A DNA stretch of 64,000 bases from Planctomycetota bacterium (lineage in GTDB: Bacteria > Planctomycetota > UBA1135 > UBA2386), in assembly GCA_046290465.1 (NCBI GenBank), contig JBKAGP010000001.1, positions 4,416,001 through 4,480,000 of the forward strand, written 5' to 3'. Below are positions 28,829 through 40,449 of this stretch, in pieces (within the stretch, counting starts at the first letter, position 1; the number at the start of each line of letters is the position of its first letter). Below the pieces are notes generated by a model. That model ran no database searches. It saw nothing but the letters and a program-made list of their open reading frames with translations, and had not been told where the DNA came from. The position numbers were made by a program, and so were the translations under genes.

Positions 28829-29655
28829 GGCGCGGGGAACCCGTGCTGTGCGAGGATGCGTCGGCCTTCGGCGCCGAGCACGAACGCGACGAAGGCGTGG
28901 CCACCGTCGGTCCGATCGCCGCCAGACGTGGCGACGATCGGGTAGGTCGCGACGACGTCGTGGTGGGCGGGCAGCTCGACCGCGTGCAAGCGCTCGGAGG
29001 CCGCCAGGGCGTCGGTCCGGTAGACGATGCCGGCATCGGCGACGCCGAGCTCGATCTTGCTGACGATCGCGCGCACGCTCGGCTCGTCGGACGCGGAGGT
29101 CACGGCGACGCCGGCGCGGGCCAGCGCCTCGCGCGCGTAGCGGCCGGCCGGCACCGCCGGCGCGCACAGCAGGCAGGTGACGTCGTCGCGGCTCAGGTCT
29201 GCGAGCCCGGTGACGTTCTTGGGGTTGCCCGGGCGGGTGACGATCACCAGCGAGTTGCCGGCGAACGGGCGCGGCACGCCGGCGGCACGGCTGGCGTCGA
29301 CGACGCGCTGCATCTGGATGTGGTCGGCCGAGGCGAACACGTCGGCCGGCGCACCTTCGCGCAGCTGCAGCACCAGCTGCGGCGTGCCGGCGCAGTGCAG
29401 GTCCAGGCGCAGCTCGGGGTGACGTTCGCCGAACGCGCGCGTCAGCTGCTCGAACGGCGCGGTCAGCGACGCCGCCGCGAACACCCGGACGGTCGGACGT
29501 GCATCGCCGCGGCAGCCGGCCAACAGCAGGGTGGCCAACAGCAGCGTGGCCAACAACAGCGTGGCCAACAACAGGGTGGCCAATCGCAGGGTGCAGGTCC
29601 GCTGGCTGTCGATCCGCAGCACGCCGGCCAGCGACCTGGCGGTCGCGGTCGGCAT
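28825..29655 (-). CDS. modA: Molybdate ABC transporter substrate-binding lipoprotein
   Basis: LAGC lipobox, VFAAASL, GAPADVFASA, VPAGRYA, DAGIVYRTD. Start uncertain. Confidence 0.88.
   Translation of the reverse strand: MPTATARSLAGVLRIDSQRTCTLRLATLLLATLLLATLLLATLLLAGCRGDARPTVRVFAAASLTAPFEQLTRAFGERHPELRLDLHCAGTPQLVLQLREGAPADVFASADHIQMQRVVDASRAAGVPRPFAGNSLVIVTRPGNPKNVTGLADLSRDDVTCLLCAPAVPAGRYAREALARAGVAVTSASDEPSVRAIVSKIELGVADAGIVYRTDALAASERLHAVELPAHHDVVATYPIVATSGGDRTDGGHAFVAFVLGAEGRRILAQHGFPAP
29518..29592. repeat. Five 15-bp tandem repeats encoding (ATLLL)n in the ModA signal peptide
   Basis: ggccaacagcagggt / ggccaacagcagcgt / ggccaacaacagcgt / ggccaacaacagggt / ggccaatcgcagggt. Confidence 0.9.
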
Positions 29656-29743
29656 CCGGGGTGACGGCGTTCGGCCCATGGAGGTCCCTAGATACCGCAC
29701 CGCCGGATCGGGCGCAGCGGTTTCTTGGGCCACCCCGGAACGC

Positions 29744-29759
29744 CTTACTTACAAGTAAG
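29744..29759. promoter_or_regulatory. Candidate TetR operator CTTACTT-AC-AAGTAAG
   Basis: Perfect 7-bp AT-rich inverted repeat 13 bp upstream of the SDR-TetR operon, in a very GC-rich background. Confidence 0.7.
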
Positions 29760-29772
29760 TATCACGGCCGCC

Positions 29773-30549
29773 ATGAGCAAGCAAGCTTCGTTCGCGAACC
29801 AGCGACTCCTCGTCCTCGGCGGCACCAGCGGCATCGGCCTCGCGGTGGCGCGACAGGTCACACAGGCCGGCGGCAGCGCCGTGCTGGTCGGCCGGACCGC
29901 CGACAAGGCGGCGGCTGCCGCCGCCGCGCTGTCGCCTTCGGGTGACGTCACCGCGTTCGCGCATCCGCTCGACGATCGCGACGCGCTGCCGGCGCTGCTG
30001 CAGAGGCTCGACGCAGAAGGGCCGTTCGACCTGCTGGTCAACGCCGCCGGCGTGTTCGCGCCGAAGCCGTTCCTCGAGCACGAGGCGGGTGACTACGACC
30101 GCTACCTGGAGCTCAACCGCGGCACGTTCTTCGCGACCCAGCACATCGCCCGGGCGATGAAGGAACGCGGCGGCGGCGCGATCGTCAACATCGGTTCGAT
30201 GTGGGCGAAACAGGCGGTCGCGGCGACGCCGTCGTCGGCCTACTCGATGGCCAAGGCCGGTCTGCACGCGATGACCCAGCACCTGGCGATGGAGCTGGCC
30301 GGCGCCGGGATCCGCGTCAACGCGGTCTCGCCGGCGGTCGTCGAGACCCCGGTCTACGAGGCCTTCATCCCCAAGCACGAGGTCGCCGCGGCGCTGAAGG
30401 GCTTCGACCCGTTCCACCCGATCGGTCGCATCGGCGTGCCGGACGATGTCGCCAGCGCCGTGACGTTCCTGCTGTCGGACCAGGCGGCGTGGGTCACCGG
30501 CGCGATCTGGGACGTCGACGGCGGCGTCATGGCCGGCCGCAACCAGTGA
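29773..30549 (+). CDS. SDR family NAD(P)-dependent oxidoreductase
   Basis: [18 protein letters not shown] (YxxxK), [12 protein letters not shown]. Confidence 0.95.
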   Translation: MSKQASFANQRLLVLGGTSGIGLAVARQVTQAGGSAVLVGRTADKAAAAAAALSPSGDVTAFAHPLDDRDALPALLQRLDAEGPFDLLVNAAGVFAPKPFLEHEAGDYDRYLELNRGTFFATQHIARAMKERGGGAIVNIGSMWAKQAVAATPSSAYSMAKAGLHAMTQHLAMELAGAGIRVNAVSPAVVETPVYEAFIPKHEVAAALKGFDPFHPIGRIGVPDDVASAVTFLLSDQAAWVTGAIWDVDGGVMAGRNQ

Positions 30550-30588
30550 CCGGTGCACGGCAGCGGCGCGAGCGGGTAAGAAGGAGCC

Positions 30589-31176
30589 ATGAGCGTCAAG
30601 CGCGCAGCCTCCGGTATCGGCACCAAGCAGCGCATCCTCGAGGTGGCGACTGGGCTGATGCAGGCGCGCGGGTTCCACGGCTTCACGTTCCACGACGTCG
30701 CCGCGGAGCTCGGGATCAGCCACGTCGCCGTGCACCATCACTACAAGACCAAGGCGGCGCTGGTCGAGGCGGCGATGCTCGCCTACACCGAACGGTTCTC
30801 GGCGGAGCTCGAGCAGATCGCGGCGTCGGGCGAGCAGCCCGAGGACCAGCTGCGCAGCTACGCGGCGCTGTTCGACGCGGTGGTGCAGAGCGGCGACCGT
30901 GTCTGCCTGTGCGGCGTGCTCGCCGCCGAGCTGGCGACGCTGCCGGCGCCGGTGCAGCCCGCGGTGCGCGCGTTCTACGACGCCAACGAGGCGTGGCTGG
31001 CGCGCGTCATCGGCCGGCACGTCGGCAAGCGCAGTTCGTCGGCACGGGTGCAGCAGATGGCCAAGGCGTTCCTGTCGCTGCTGGAGGGCGCGATGATCAG
31101 CGCGCGCGCGTTCGGCGATCCGGCGCGGCTGTCGTCGGCGGCGCAGTGGTGGATCGACACGCTACCGGCGGCATGA
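30589..31176 (+). CDS. TetR/AcrR family transcriptional regulator
   Basis: RGFHGFTFHDVAAELGISHVAVHHHYKTKAAL HTH; CLCGVL in the ligand domain. Confidence 0.93.
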   Translation: MSVKRAASGIGTKQRILEVATGLMQARGFHGFTFHDVAAELGISHVAVHHHYKTKAALVEAAMLAYTERFSAELEQIAASGEQPEDQLRSYAALFDAVVQSGDRVCLCGVLAAELATLPAPVQPAVRAFYDANEAWLARVIGRHVGKRSSSARVQQMAKAFLSLLEGAMISARAFGDPARLSSAAQWWIDTLPAA

Positions 31177-32507
31177 AGGGCCCCGTCACCGTCGTCTGGG
31201 CGCACCGCCGCACCGGCAAGTTCGCGCTCTACGTGCTGACCGGTGCGCTGTCGACCAACCCGCGCACCCGGGACGTGCCGCTGGTGTTCGCCAACGGCGT
31301 CGACGCAGTCGTCGCGGCGATCGAGGCGGCGCGTGCCGACGGCCACCGCGTGCTGGTCGGCTGGTCGTTCTACTCGCCGGACTTCGCGCAGATGCGCGAC
31401 GAACACCGTCAGGTGCGCGCGCGCGTCGACGACCCGATGGTCTGGCACGTGGCCGGTGGCGTGCACGCATCGGCCGAGCCGGAGGGCACGCTGCGCGCCG
31501 GCTTCGACCTCGCGGCGGTCGGCGAAGGCGAGCAGCTGATCCAGGACCTGGTGCTGGCGCTGCTCGACGGTGTGCCGCCGCAGCAGGTCGCCGGCATCGC
31601 GTCGCTGCGCGATGGCTCGCTGCACAAGAACGGCCGTGCCGACCGCATCGTGCTCGACGACTACCCGCCGTTCGGCCCCGATCACGGCCGCTTCGGCCCG
31701 ATCGAGATCACCCGCGGCTGCATCTACGCGTGCCGCTTCTGCCAGACGCCCTACTTCGCAGGTGCCAGCTTCCGGCACCGTTCGGTCGACAACGTGCGGC
31801 ACTGGGTGCGCTTCCTGGTCCGACGCGGCTTCCGCGACTTCCGCTTCCTGACCCCGACGTCGATGAGCTACGGCACGTCGACTGCCGAGCCGGACCTCGA
31901 TGCGATCGAGGCGCTGCTGGCCGGCGTGCGCGAGGACATCGGTCCCGATCGCAAGCTGTGGTTCGGGACGTTCCCGAGCGAGGTGCGGCCGGAGCACGTC
32001 AGCGGCGCGGCGCTGCAGCTGCTGCGGCGCTACGTGTCGAATCGATCGCTGATCGTGGGTGGCCAGTCGGGCAGCGACCACGTGCTCGCGCACAGCGCCC
32101 GCGGGCACGACAGCGACACCGTAGAACGCGCGGTCGCCCTGTGCGTCGAGCACGGCTTCGTGCCGCACGTCGACTTCCTGTTCGGCATGCCCGAGGAGAC
32201 GGCCGACGACGTCGAGGCGACGCTGCAGCAGATGGATCGTCTGGTCGCGGCCGGGGCGAAGGTGCACGGCCATACCTTCATGCCGCTGCCGGGTACGCCG
32301 TTCCGTCGCGCCGCGCCGGGTGCGCTGACCGACGCGGTGCGGCTGCGGCTCAAGAACCTCGCGTCGAAGGGCTCGCTCTACGGCCAGTGGGAGCAGCAGG
32401 AGCGCACCGCGCGGGAGATTGCCGCCCGTGGGATTGCCGCCCGGGATGTTGCCGCGCGGGATGTTTCCCCCCGGGAGATCGGCACTCAGGACAGCCAGCG
32501 CAGGTAG
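31173..32507 (+). CDS. B12-binding domain/radical SAM protein (TIGR04013-like)
   Basis: AGGVHASA..., GEGE, EITRGCIYACRFCQT (CxxxCxxC), FGTFPSEVRPE, HTFMPLPGTP. Confidence 0.88.
   Translation: MKGPVTVVWAHRRTGKFALYVLTGALSTNPRTRDVPLVFANGVDAVVAAIEAARADGHRVLVGWSFYSPDFAQMRDEHRQVRARVDDPMVWHVAGGVHASAEPEGTLRAGFDLAAVGEGEQLIQDLVLALLDGVPPQQVAGIASLRDGSLHKNGRADRIVLDDYPPFGPDHGRFGPIEITRGCIYACRFCQTPYFAGASFRHRSVDNVRHWVRFLVRRGFRDFRFLTPTSMSYGTSTAEPDLDAIEALLAGVREDIGPDRKLWFGTFPSEVRPEHVSGAALQLLRRYVSNRSLIVGGQSGSDHVLAHSARGHDSDTVERAVALCVEHGFVPHVDFLFGMPEETADDVEATLQQMDRLVAAGAKVHGHTFMPLPGTPFRRAAPGALTDAVRLRLKNLASKGSLYGQWEQQERTAREIAARGIAARDVAARDVSPREIGTQDSQRR
32411..32485. repeat. Five degenerate 15-bp tandem repeats in the radical SAM C-terminus
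   Basis: Encodes REIAA-RGIAA-RDVAA-RDVSP-REIG. Confidence 0.75.
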
Positions 32508-32923
32508 GCGAACACGCCGCCGCCGACCATCGCGCCGATGACCGTCGCCGCGACCAGCAGGAACAGCAGCTTCTGCGCGACGGTCAGGTCGTCGGCCGGT
32601 GCCTCGCCGGCGAGCCGTTCGCGGACCAACGACGCCCACCACGCCGGCAGGAAGAAGAACGGCACCAGCCCGGCGACGATCGCGACCCAGACGACCTCGA
32701 CGTCGGGGCCGACGAACATCCCCAGCACGACGAACAGCGCCGCGAGCAGGCCGTAGACGACCGCGAACAGCAGGTAGTCGCCCAGCGTGCGCTGCTGCGA
32801 CGAGACCTCGCCGCACTCGGTGCACGAGATCGCGATCAGGTTCGGCCGCGGGCTCTGCATGCCGAGGTAGACGCGCAGCAGCGGCTGCGAGGCGCCGCAC
32901 CGTGCGCAGGTCGCGTGGGACAT
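32486..32923 (-). CDS. Hypothetical membrane protein with N-terminal CxxC...CxxC
   Basis: CARC...CTEC followed by three hydrophobic segments. Confidence 0.65.
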   Translation of the reverse strand: MSHATCARCGASQPLLRVYLGMQSPRPNLIAISCTECGEVSSQQRTLGDYLLFAVVYGLLAALFVVLGMFVGPDVEVVWVAIVAGLVPFFFLPAWWASLVRERLAGEAPADDLTVAQKLLFLLVAATVIGAMVGGGVFAYLRWLS

Positions 32924-32963
32924 GCGGGCAGGAGAACCCGCGGCGCACGGGCTCGCAAGCCCC

Positions 32964-33812
32964 TCAGGCGCGCGCCACCAGGCCGAACATCAGCGGCATC
33001 GCCGGCATGCCCGCCGGCATTCCGAAGCGGCGGCCGTCGAGCTTCTGCATGCCCTCGAACGGCTTGCAGCCGTTGCTGTACGGATACTCGCGGAACGTCT
33101 CGACGCGCAGGCCGGCGTCGGCGACGGCCTGGATGGTCTGCGCGATGGTCCACTGGAAGCCGAACGAACGCTCCGGGTTGCGAAAGCCCTCGACGCCGCG
33201 GTCGAAGCCCGACGGCGCCAGGTCCTCGCCGACGTAGTCGTTGACGCCGCTCTCGTCGAGCGCGCCGTCGAGGAAGTACGGCTCGACCAGCGCGCCGCCG
33301 GGCCCGTAGCTCCAGACCATCGGGTGGAACTCGAGCAGCACCAGCCGGCCGCCCGGCCGCAGCACGCGCCGCACGCCGCGCGCCCAGCGCGCCAGGTCGC
33401 ACAGCCAGCCGACGACGCCGTAGCTCGCGAACGCGGTGTCGAAGCGCTGCTCGGTCTGCTCCAGCCAGTCGAACACGTCGGCGCGGTGGAACGTCGCGGC
33501 GATCCCGCTCGCGTCGGACAGCTCGCGTGCGAACGCGACCGGCTGGTCGCCGATGTCGACGCCGGTGACGCTGGCGCCCAGGCGCGCCAGGCTCAGCGAG
33601 TCCTGCCCGCAGTTGCACTGCAGGTGCACGACGTCGGTGGCGGCGACGTCGCCGAGCAGTTCGAGTTCGTCGGAGAACAGCGTGCTGCCGCCCTCCCGCA
33701 GGAACCGGGCCTGGTCCTGCTTGTGGCTGTTGTGGGCCGTGGTCACCGCGTTCCACGAACGTCGGTTCTGCTCGTGGAACGCGCGGCGCTGGTCGTCGTC
33801 GAAGCCGGACAT
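32964..33812 (-). CDS. Class I SAM-dependent methyltransferase
   Basis: NRRSWN, HLQCNCGQDSLSLARLGA.VTGVD, W...LRPGG.L.L.EFHP. Confidence 0.92.
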   Translation of the reverse strand: MSGFDDDQRRAFHEQNRRSWNAVTTAHNSHKQDQARFLREGGSTLFSDELELLGDVAATDVVHLQCNCGQDSLSLARLGASVTGVDIGDQPVAFARELSDASGIAATFHRADVFDWLEQTEQRFDTAFASYGVVGWLCDLARWARGVRRVLRPGGRLVLLEFHPMVWSYGPGGALVEPYFLDGALDESGVNDYVGEDLAPSGFDRGVEGFRNPERSFGFQWTIAQTIQAVADAGLRVETFREYPYSNGCKPFEGMQKLDGRRFGMPAGMPAMPLMFGLVARA

Positions 33813-33837
33813 GGTTGTCGCTACGATCGCACAATCG

Positions 33838-34530
33838 ATGGCCGAACGTGACCTCTACGCGCCGATCAAGTCGTTTCTCGAGCGCCAGGGCTACGAGGTC
33901 AAGGGGGAGATCGGGGAGTGCGACATCGTCGCGGTGCGCGGCGACGAGCCGCCGGTCGTCGTCGAGCTGAAGCTGCAGCTCAACCTGTCGCTGATCCTGC
34001 AGGCGGTCGACCGGCTGGCGGTCAGCGACTGCGTCTACGTCGCGTTCCGCGTCGGCAAGAAGCACAGCGCGTCGTGGCGGCAGCGCGGCAAGCAGGTCAA
34101 GAGCCTGCTGCGGCGGCTCGGCCTCGGCCTGTTGACGGTGACGGCGCGCGGCAAGGTCGAGGCCGTGCTCGACCCCGGCCCGTACCGGCCGCGGGTCGTC
34201 GCCCAGCGCCGTTCGCGGCTGCTCAAGGAGTTCGCCGAACGCGTCGGCGACCCGATCGCTGGCGGCTCGGCGACGCAGAAGCGCATGACGGCCTACCGCC
34301 AGGACGTGCTGCGCTGCGCCTGCGAACTGCAGCGCGCCGGCGTGACCAAGGTCAGCGTGCTCGCCGAGCGCACCGGCGTCGAACGCGCCGGCCCGATCCT
34401 GCGCGACAACCACTACGGCTGGTTCGAGCGGGTCGAGAAGGGTCACTACCAGCTGACGCCGAAGGGCGAGGGCGAGCTCGGCGACTGGGCCGACGCGATC
34501 GAGCAGATCGAGCGCGTCGCGTCCGAGTAG
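33838..34530 (+). CDS. DUF2161 family putative PD-(D/E)xK-type protein
   Basis: E.DLY.PIK.FLE.QGYEVKGE, ELKL, MTAYRQ, ILRDNHYGWFERV..G.Y.LT. Confidence 0.88.
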   Translation: MAERDLYAPIKSFLERQGYEVKGEIGECDIVAVRGDEPPVVVELKLQLNLSLILQAVDRLAVSDCVYVAFRVGKKHSASWRQRGKQVKSLLRRLGLGLLTVTARGKVEAVLDPGPYRPRVVAQRRSRLLKEFAERVGDPIAGGSATQKRMTAYRQDVLRCACELQRAGVTKVSVLAERTGVERAGPILRDNHYGWFERVEKGHYQLTPKGEGELGDWADAIEQIERVASE

Positions 34531-34553
34531 CGACGCGGTATCGTGGGGCCGCC

Positions 34554-35258
34554 TTGCCGTCCCCACGCTTCCGAACGACCCGCTGGTCGATGGTGCTCGC
34601 CGCCGCCGGCCCGTCCGATCCCGGCGCCAAGCTCGCGCTGCGCGAGCTGTGTGAGGTCTACTGGTATCCGCTCTATGCGTTCTTGCGGCGCGATACGGTC
34701 GCGGAAGCCGACGCGATGGACCTCGTGCAGGGGTTCCTCGCCGACGTGCTCGAGCGCGGCGAGCTGGGCGCCGATCCGGACCGGGGGCGGTTCCGTTCGT
34801 ACATGATCGGAGCGCTGCGCAACTACCGCAGCAACGTGCGGCGCGCGGCGGCGACGCAGAAGCGGGGCGGCAACCTGCAGGCGTTCGGCCTCGACGACGC
34901 CGAGGCGCGCTACCGTCACGAGCCGGCGGACACCGACAGTCCCGAGGTGCTGTTCGAGCGGCGCTGGGCGACCACACTGATCGATCGCGCGATCGGCAGG
35001 CTCGAGCACGAGTATCGCGACCGTGGTCGGGGGGCGGTGTTCGAGGCGCTCGAGGACACGCTCGCCGGCGGTGCCGTCGCCAGCTACGCGCAGAAGGCGG
35101 CGGCGCTCGGCATGACCGAGAGCGCGGTCAAGGTCGGCGTGCACCGGCTGCGCGCCCGGCTGCGCGAACTGCTGCGCGAGGAGGTCGCCCAGACCGTGCG
35201 CGAGCAAGAGGACGTCGACGACGAACTGAAGCGCCTGTTCGCCGCCCTGGCGGGCTGA
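34554..35258 (+). CDS. ECF sigma factor of the Ser/Thr-kinase-associated type
   Basis: FRTTRWSMV, LCEVYWYPLYAFLRR, DRGRFRS, QKRGG, FERRWA, AVKVGVHRLR. TTG start inferred. Confidence 0.88.
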   Translation: MPSPRFRTTRWSMVLAAAGPSDPGAKLALRELCEVYWYPLYAFLRRDTVAEADAMDLVQGFLADVLERGELGADPDRGRFRSYMIGALRNYRSNVRRAAATQKRGGNLQAFGLDDAEARYRHEPADTDSPEVLFERRWATTLIDRAIGRLEHEYRDRGRGAVFEALEDTLAGGAVASYAQKAAALGMTESAVKVGVHRLRARLRELLREEVAQTVREQEDVDDELKRLFAALAG

Positions 35259-35332
35259 TCCAAGCCGGAGCAGGAAAATGTCGCCCGCCGTGTAACCATC
35301 GTCGCAAACCGGTTCATGACCCTCTGAACCCG

Positions 35333-36804
<1,472 letters not shown>

Positions 36805-36808
<4 letters not shown>

Positions 36809-36891
36809 TGGGCAAAGCCCCGTCCGCACGCGTACACGCCGCTTCCGCGATCACGGTCGGCAGCGCGTCCACTACATGGACGCGCTCCTAG
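36805..36891. repeat. 83-bp CTAG-bounded palindromic repeat element, copy 1 (REP/BIME-like)
   Basis: CTAG-TGGGCAAAGCCCC...AGCGCGTCCACTACATGGACGCGCTC-CTAG; near-identical to the two copies at 59268-59437. Confidence 0.92.
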
Positions 36892-37994
36892 ACGTTGAAA
36901 CGGAAGTGCAGCACGTCGCCGTCCTGCACCACGTATTCCTTGCCCTCGATGCGGTACTTGCCGGCGTCGCGCGCCGCGGCCACGCTGCCGCACTCGATCA
37001 GGTCGTCGTAGGCGACCGTCTCGGCCTTGATGAAGCCGCGTTCGAAGTCGCCGTGGATCACGCCCGCCGCCTTCGGCGCGGTGTCGCCCTCGCGGATCGT
37101 CCAGGCGCGCACCTCCATCTCACCGGCGGTGAAGTAGGTCCGCAGGCCGAGCAGGTGGTAGGTCGCGCGGATCAGCGCGCCGGTGCCGCTCTCCTCGACG
37201 CCGAGGTCCTCGAGGAACGCCTTGGCGTCCTCGTCGGACAGGTCGATCAGCTCGGCCTCGATCTGCGCCGAGATCACGATCGTCTCGCAGTTGAGCGTCT
37301 GCGCGGCGTAGTCGCGCACCTTCTGCACGTAGGGGTTGTCGGCGGCGGTCGCCAGCTCGTCGTCCTTGACGTTGCAGGCGAAGATCACCGGCTTCATCGT
37401 CAGCAGCTGGAAGTGCCTGGCGATCTTCTGCTCGTCGGCGCTGAGGTCGCACAGGTAGGCCGGCTTGCCGTCGTCGAGCAGCGGCTCGAGCTTCTCGAGG
37501 ATCGGCATCTCGGCGACCGCGTCCTTGTCGCCGCGCTTCTTCAGCTTGGCCTGCTTGTCGATGCGCTTCTGCACCGACTCGAGGTCGGCCAGCACCAGCT
37601 CGGTGTTGATCACCTCGATGTCGCGGACCGGATCGACCGAGCCCGACACGTGGTGCACGTCCTCGTCCTCGAAGCAGCGCACGACCTGCACGATCGCGTC
37701 GACCTCGCGGATGTGGCTCAAGAACTTGTTGCCGAGGCCTTCGCCCGCGGCGGCGCCGGCGACCAGCCCGGCGATGTCGACGAACTCGATCGTCGCCGGA
37801 ATGACCTTGGTGGTCTTGGCGATGACGCGCAGCGGCTCGAGGCGGCCGTCCGGCACGGTGACGACGCCGACGTTCGGGTCGATCGTGCAGAACGGGTAGT
37901 TCGCCGCCTCCGCCTTCTGGGTGCGGGTGATCGCGTTGAACAGGGTCGACTTGCCGACGTTGGGCAAGCCGACGATCCCTGCCTGGAGCACCAT
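36888..37994 (-). CDS. ychF: Redox-regulated ATPase YchF
   Basis: [33 protein letters not shown], ends HFRFNV. Confidence 0.98.
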   Translation of the reverse strand: MVLQAGIVGLPNVGKSTLFNAITRTQKAEAANYPFCTIDPNVGVVTVPDGRLEPLRVIAKTTKVIPATIEFVDIAGLVAGAAAGEGLGNKFLSHIREVDAIVQVVRCFEDEDVHHVSGSVDPVRDIEVINTELVLADLESVQKRIDKQAKLKKRGDKDAVAEMPILEKLEPLLDDGKPAYLCDLSADEQKIARHFQLLTMKPVIFACNVKDDELATAADNPYVQKVRDYAAQTLNCETIVISAQIEAELIDLSDEDAKAFLEDLGVEESGTGALIRATYHLLGLRTYFTAGEMEVRAWTIREGDTAPKAAGVIHGDFERGFIKAETVAYDDLIECGSVAAARDAGKYRIEGKEYVVQDGDVLHFRFNV

Positions 37995-38977
37995 CAGCCG
38001 TTGGCGACCACTTCCTGGATCGCCTTGGTCAGGGCCGGGACGATCTCGAAGGCGTCACCGACGATGCCGTAGTCGGCGACCTTGAAGATCGGCGCATCGG
38101 CGTCCTTGTTGATGGCGACGATCGTGCGCGCGGTGCGCATGCCGGCGAGGTGCTGGATCGCACCGCTGATGCCGATCGCGAAGTAGAGCGGCGGGCTGAC
38201 GACCTTGCCGGTCTGGCCGACCTGCTCGCCGTGCGGACGCCAGCCGGCGTCCACGACCGCGCGCGACGCGCCGACCGCGGCGACCCCCGGGCCGAACGCG
38301 GCCGCGAGCTCCTCGATCATCTTGAAGTTCTCGGGCTCCTTGAGGCCGCGGCCGCCGGACACGACGACCTTGGCTTCCTGCAGCGGCGTCTTGTCGCCGC
38401 CGGCCGCGATGATCTCCTTGACGACCGACAGCAGGTCGCCGGCCGGCGCGTCGACCTTCGACACCTCGGCGCCCGAGCCACCGCTGGCGGCGGCGAAGTT
38501 GTTGGGGCGCACGGTCGCGCAGAACGGCGACTTCGTCGCCTTGACGGTCAGCGTCGCCTTGCCGGCGAACACCGGCTTCTTGGCGCCGAACGAGCCGCCT
38601 TCGCAGCTGACGTCGACGACGTCGGTGATGATGCCGGTCTCGAGCAGCGCCGACACGCGCGGCAGCAGGTCCTTGCCCATGGCCGTGTGGGCCATCAGCA
38701 CGGCCGCGCCGTCGTTGGCCTTGACCTGTTCGGCAATGGCCTTGGCCCAGGCGTCGCCCGAGTAGTTCTCGAACGAGGCGCCGTCGATGGCGATGACCTT
38801 GCTGGCGCCGCTGTTGCCGAGTTCGGCGGCGGCGGCGTCGATGCCGTTGCCGCAGGCGATCGCGACGACCTGGCCACCCGAGCCCTGCGCGAGCTGCTGG
38901 GCGGCGGTGACGGCTTCGAGGGACGGGCGCTTCAGGGAGCCGCCACGAACCTCGGCGATGACGATGATGTTGCTCAT
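37994..38977 (-). CDS. etfA: Electron transfer flavoprotein alpha subunit
   Basis: [38 protein letters not shown]. Confidence 0.96.
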   Translation of the reverse strand: MSNIIVIAEVRGGSLKRPSLEAVTAAQQLAQGSGGQVVAIACGNGIDAAAAELGNSGASKVIAIDGASFENYSGDAWAKAIAEQVKANDGAAVLMAHTAMGKDLLPRVSALLETGIITDVVDVSCEGGSFGAKKPVFAGKATLTVKATKSPFCATVRPNNFAAASGGSGAEVSKVDAPAGDLLSVVKEIIAAGGDKTPLQEAKVVVSGGRGLKEPENFKMIEELAAAFGPGVAAVGASRAVVDAGWRPHGEQVGQTGKVVSPPLYFAIGISGAIQHLAGMRTARTIVAINKDADAPIFKVADYGIVGDAFEIVPALTKAIQEVVANG

Positions 38978-38996
38978 TGGTTGGGTCTCCCTTGGA

Positions 38997-39749
38997 TCAG
39001 ATGGCCTTGGCTTCGTTGCGCAGCAGCTCGATCAGCGCCGGCACGGCGGCGGCGCCTTCGCCGACGATCTTGCCCTCGGCGCGCGCCGGCGGCAGCTCGA
39101 GCGACACGATCTCCATCGCGGCGGCGGGCAGCTCGGCGGCGACTTCCTCGAGCGGCTTCTTCTTGGCGGCCATGATGCTCTTGAGGTTGGCCGGCTTCGG
39201 CTCGTTGAGGCCCTTGTTGCAGCTGATCACGGCCGGCGTCTTGCAGGTCACGACCTCGCGCGCACCCTCGATGTCCCGCTCCGCGGTGAACGTGCCGTCG
39301 GCCAGTTCGAGCTTGCTGACCTCGGTCACGCAGCCGTAGCCGAGGCGCGCCGCGAGGTTGGCGGCCATCTGGTTGTTGTCCGAATCGGTCGCCTGCTTGC
39401 CGCACAGCACGATCTGCGCCGGGTTGGCCTGCAGCCAGGCAGCGAGCGCCTCGGCCGTCGACGCACCGTCGTAGATCCACTGGTCGGTCGTCAGCATCAC
39501 GGCCTTGTCGGCGCCGCGCGCCAGCGTGCTGCGCATCTCCTTCTGGGCGTCCTTGGGGCCGATCGTGACGGCGGTCACGGTGCCGGTGCCGAGCTGCTCC
39601 TTGAGCAGGCGAGCCTGCTCCAGGGCGAACTCGTCGTAGGCGTTCATCTCGAACGTCACGCCAGTGGTATCGATCGACTTGCCGTCAGCGGCGATCTTGA
39701 TCGCCGTGTCGGTCGCCGGAACACGCTTGATGCAGACAACAATGTCCAT
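38997..39749 (-). CDS. etfB: Electron transfer flavoprotein beta subunit
   Basis: MDIVVCIKRVP, MNAYDEFALE, GKQATD, LNEP...IMAAKKK. Confidence 0.96.
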   Translation of the reverse strand: MDIVVCIKRVPATDTAIKIAADGKSIDTTGVTFEMNAYDEFALEQARLLKEQLGTGTVTAVTIGPKDAQKEMRSTLARGADKAVMLTTDQWIYDGASTAEALAAWLQANPAQIVLCGKQATDSDNNQMAANLAARLGYGCVTEVSKLELADGTFTAERDIEGAREVVTCKTPAVISCNKGLNEPKPANLKSIMAAKKKPLEEVAAELPAAAMEIVSLELPPARAEGKIVGEGAAAVPALIELLRNEAKAI

Positions 39750-39927
39750 GGTCGGCTCTGGGAGGTCCTCGGAGGGGTTTCCGCGAGATTTGCGGGCGAA
39801 CAGTCTACAGAGGCCAATCTCGGGTTCGACCTCAAATTGCGGGGGCGAGGCAAGCCTTGGGCTCGCCGGGACTTGCGCCATGCCGAGCAGCCGATGGCAG
39901 CGCCGGCTCGCTACACTCGCCGGCCGC

Positions 39928-40446
39928 ATGGATGACCGACCACGCACGCGTCCCTACGCGCGCATCGAGCGCGAGCGGCGGTTCGCGCTCGACGCGCTGC
40001 CGGAGGCAGTCGATCCCGGGGACTACGAACGGTTGCGCGACACCTACGTCGCGGGCGCGGATCTGCGCCTGCGGCGAATCGAAGCGCCGGACGGCACGTT
40101 CGTGCAGCTGAAGCTGGGCCAGAAGAAGGCCGACCCGGATGCGCCCGACGATCCGCGCCGCCGGGAGATGACGACGTTCTACCTGCGCGAGGACGAAGGG
40201 CGCGTGCTCGGCACGCTGCCGGGCGCGCGCTCGGTCAAGCGCCGCTACCGGCTGCGCGAGCAGGGCCGCACGTTCTGCATCGACGTCTACGAGCAGCCCA
40301 CGGCGGCGGCGGGCACGATGGTCGCCGAGGTCGAGTGCGACGCCGACGACGAACTCGACGCGATCGCGATGCCGGCGTGGGCGACGCGCGAGGTGACGAC
40401 GGACGAGCGGTTCTCCGGGGCGAGGCTGGCGCGCAGTCGCGCCTGA
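39928..40446 (+). CDS. CYTH-like (triphosphate tunnel metalloenzyme) protein
   Basis: IERERRF, LRLR, KRRY, IDVY, AEVE, EVT.DERFSG. Confidence 0.8.
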   Translation: MDDRPRTRPYARIERERRFALDALPEAVDPGDYERLRDTYVAGADLRLRRIEAPDGTFVQLKLGQKKADPDAPDDPRRREMTTFYLREDEGRVLGTLPGARSVKRRYRLREQGRTFCIDVYEQPTAAAGTMVAEVECDADDELDAIAMPAWATREVTTDERFSGARLARSRA

Positions 40447-40449
40447 GCG

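Noticed and set aside
33838..34530. DUF2161 nuclease-fold gene next to a methyltransferase as a restriction-modification system
   Set aside because: The divergent methyltransferase lacks DNA-MTase motifs (DPPY/NPPY or PCQ) and looks like a small-molecule methyltransferase.
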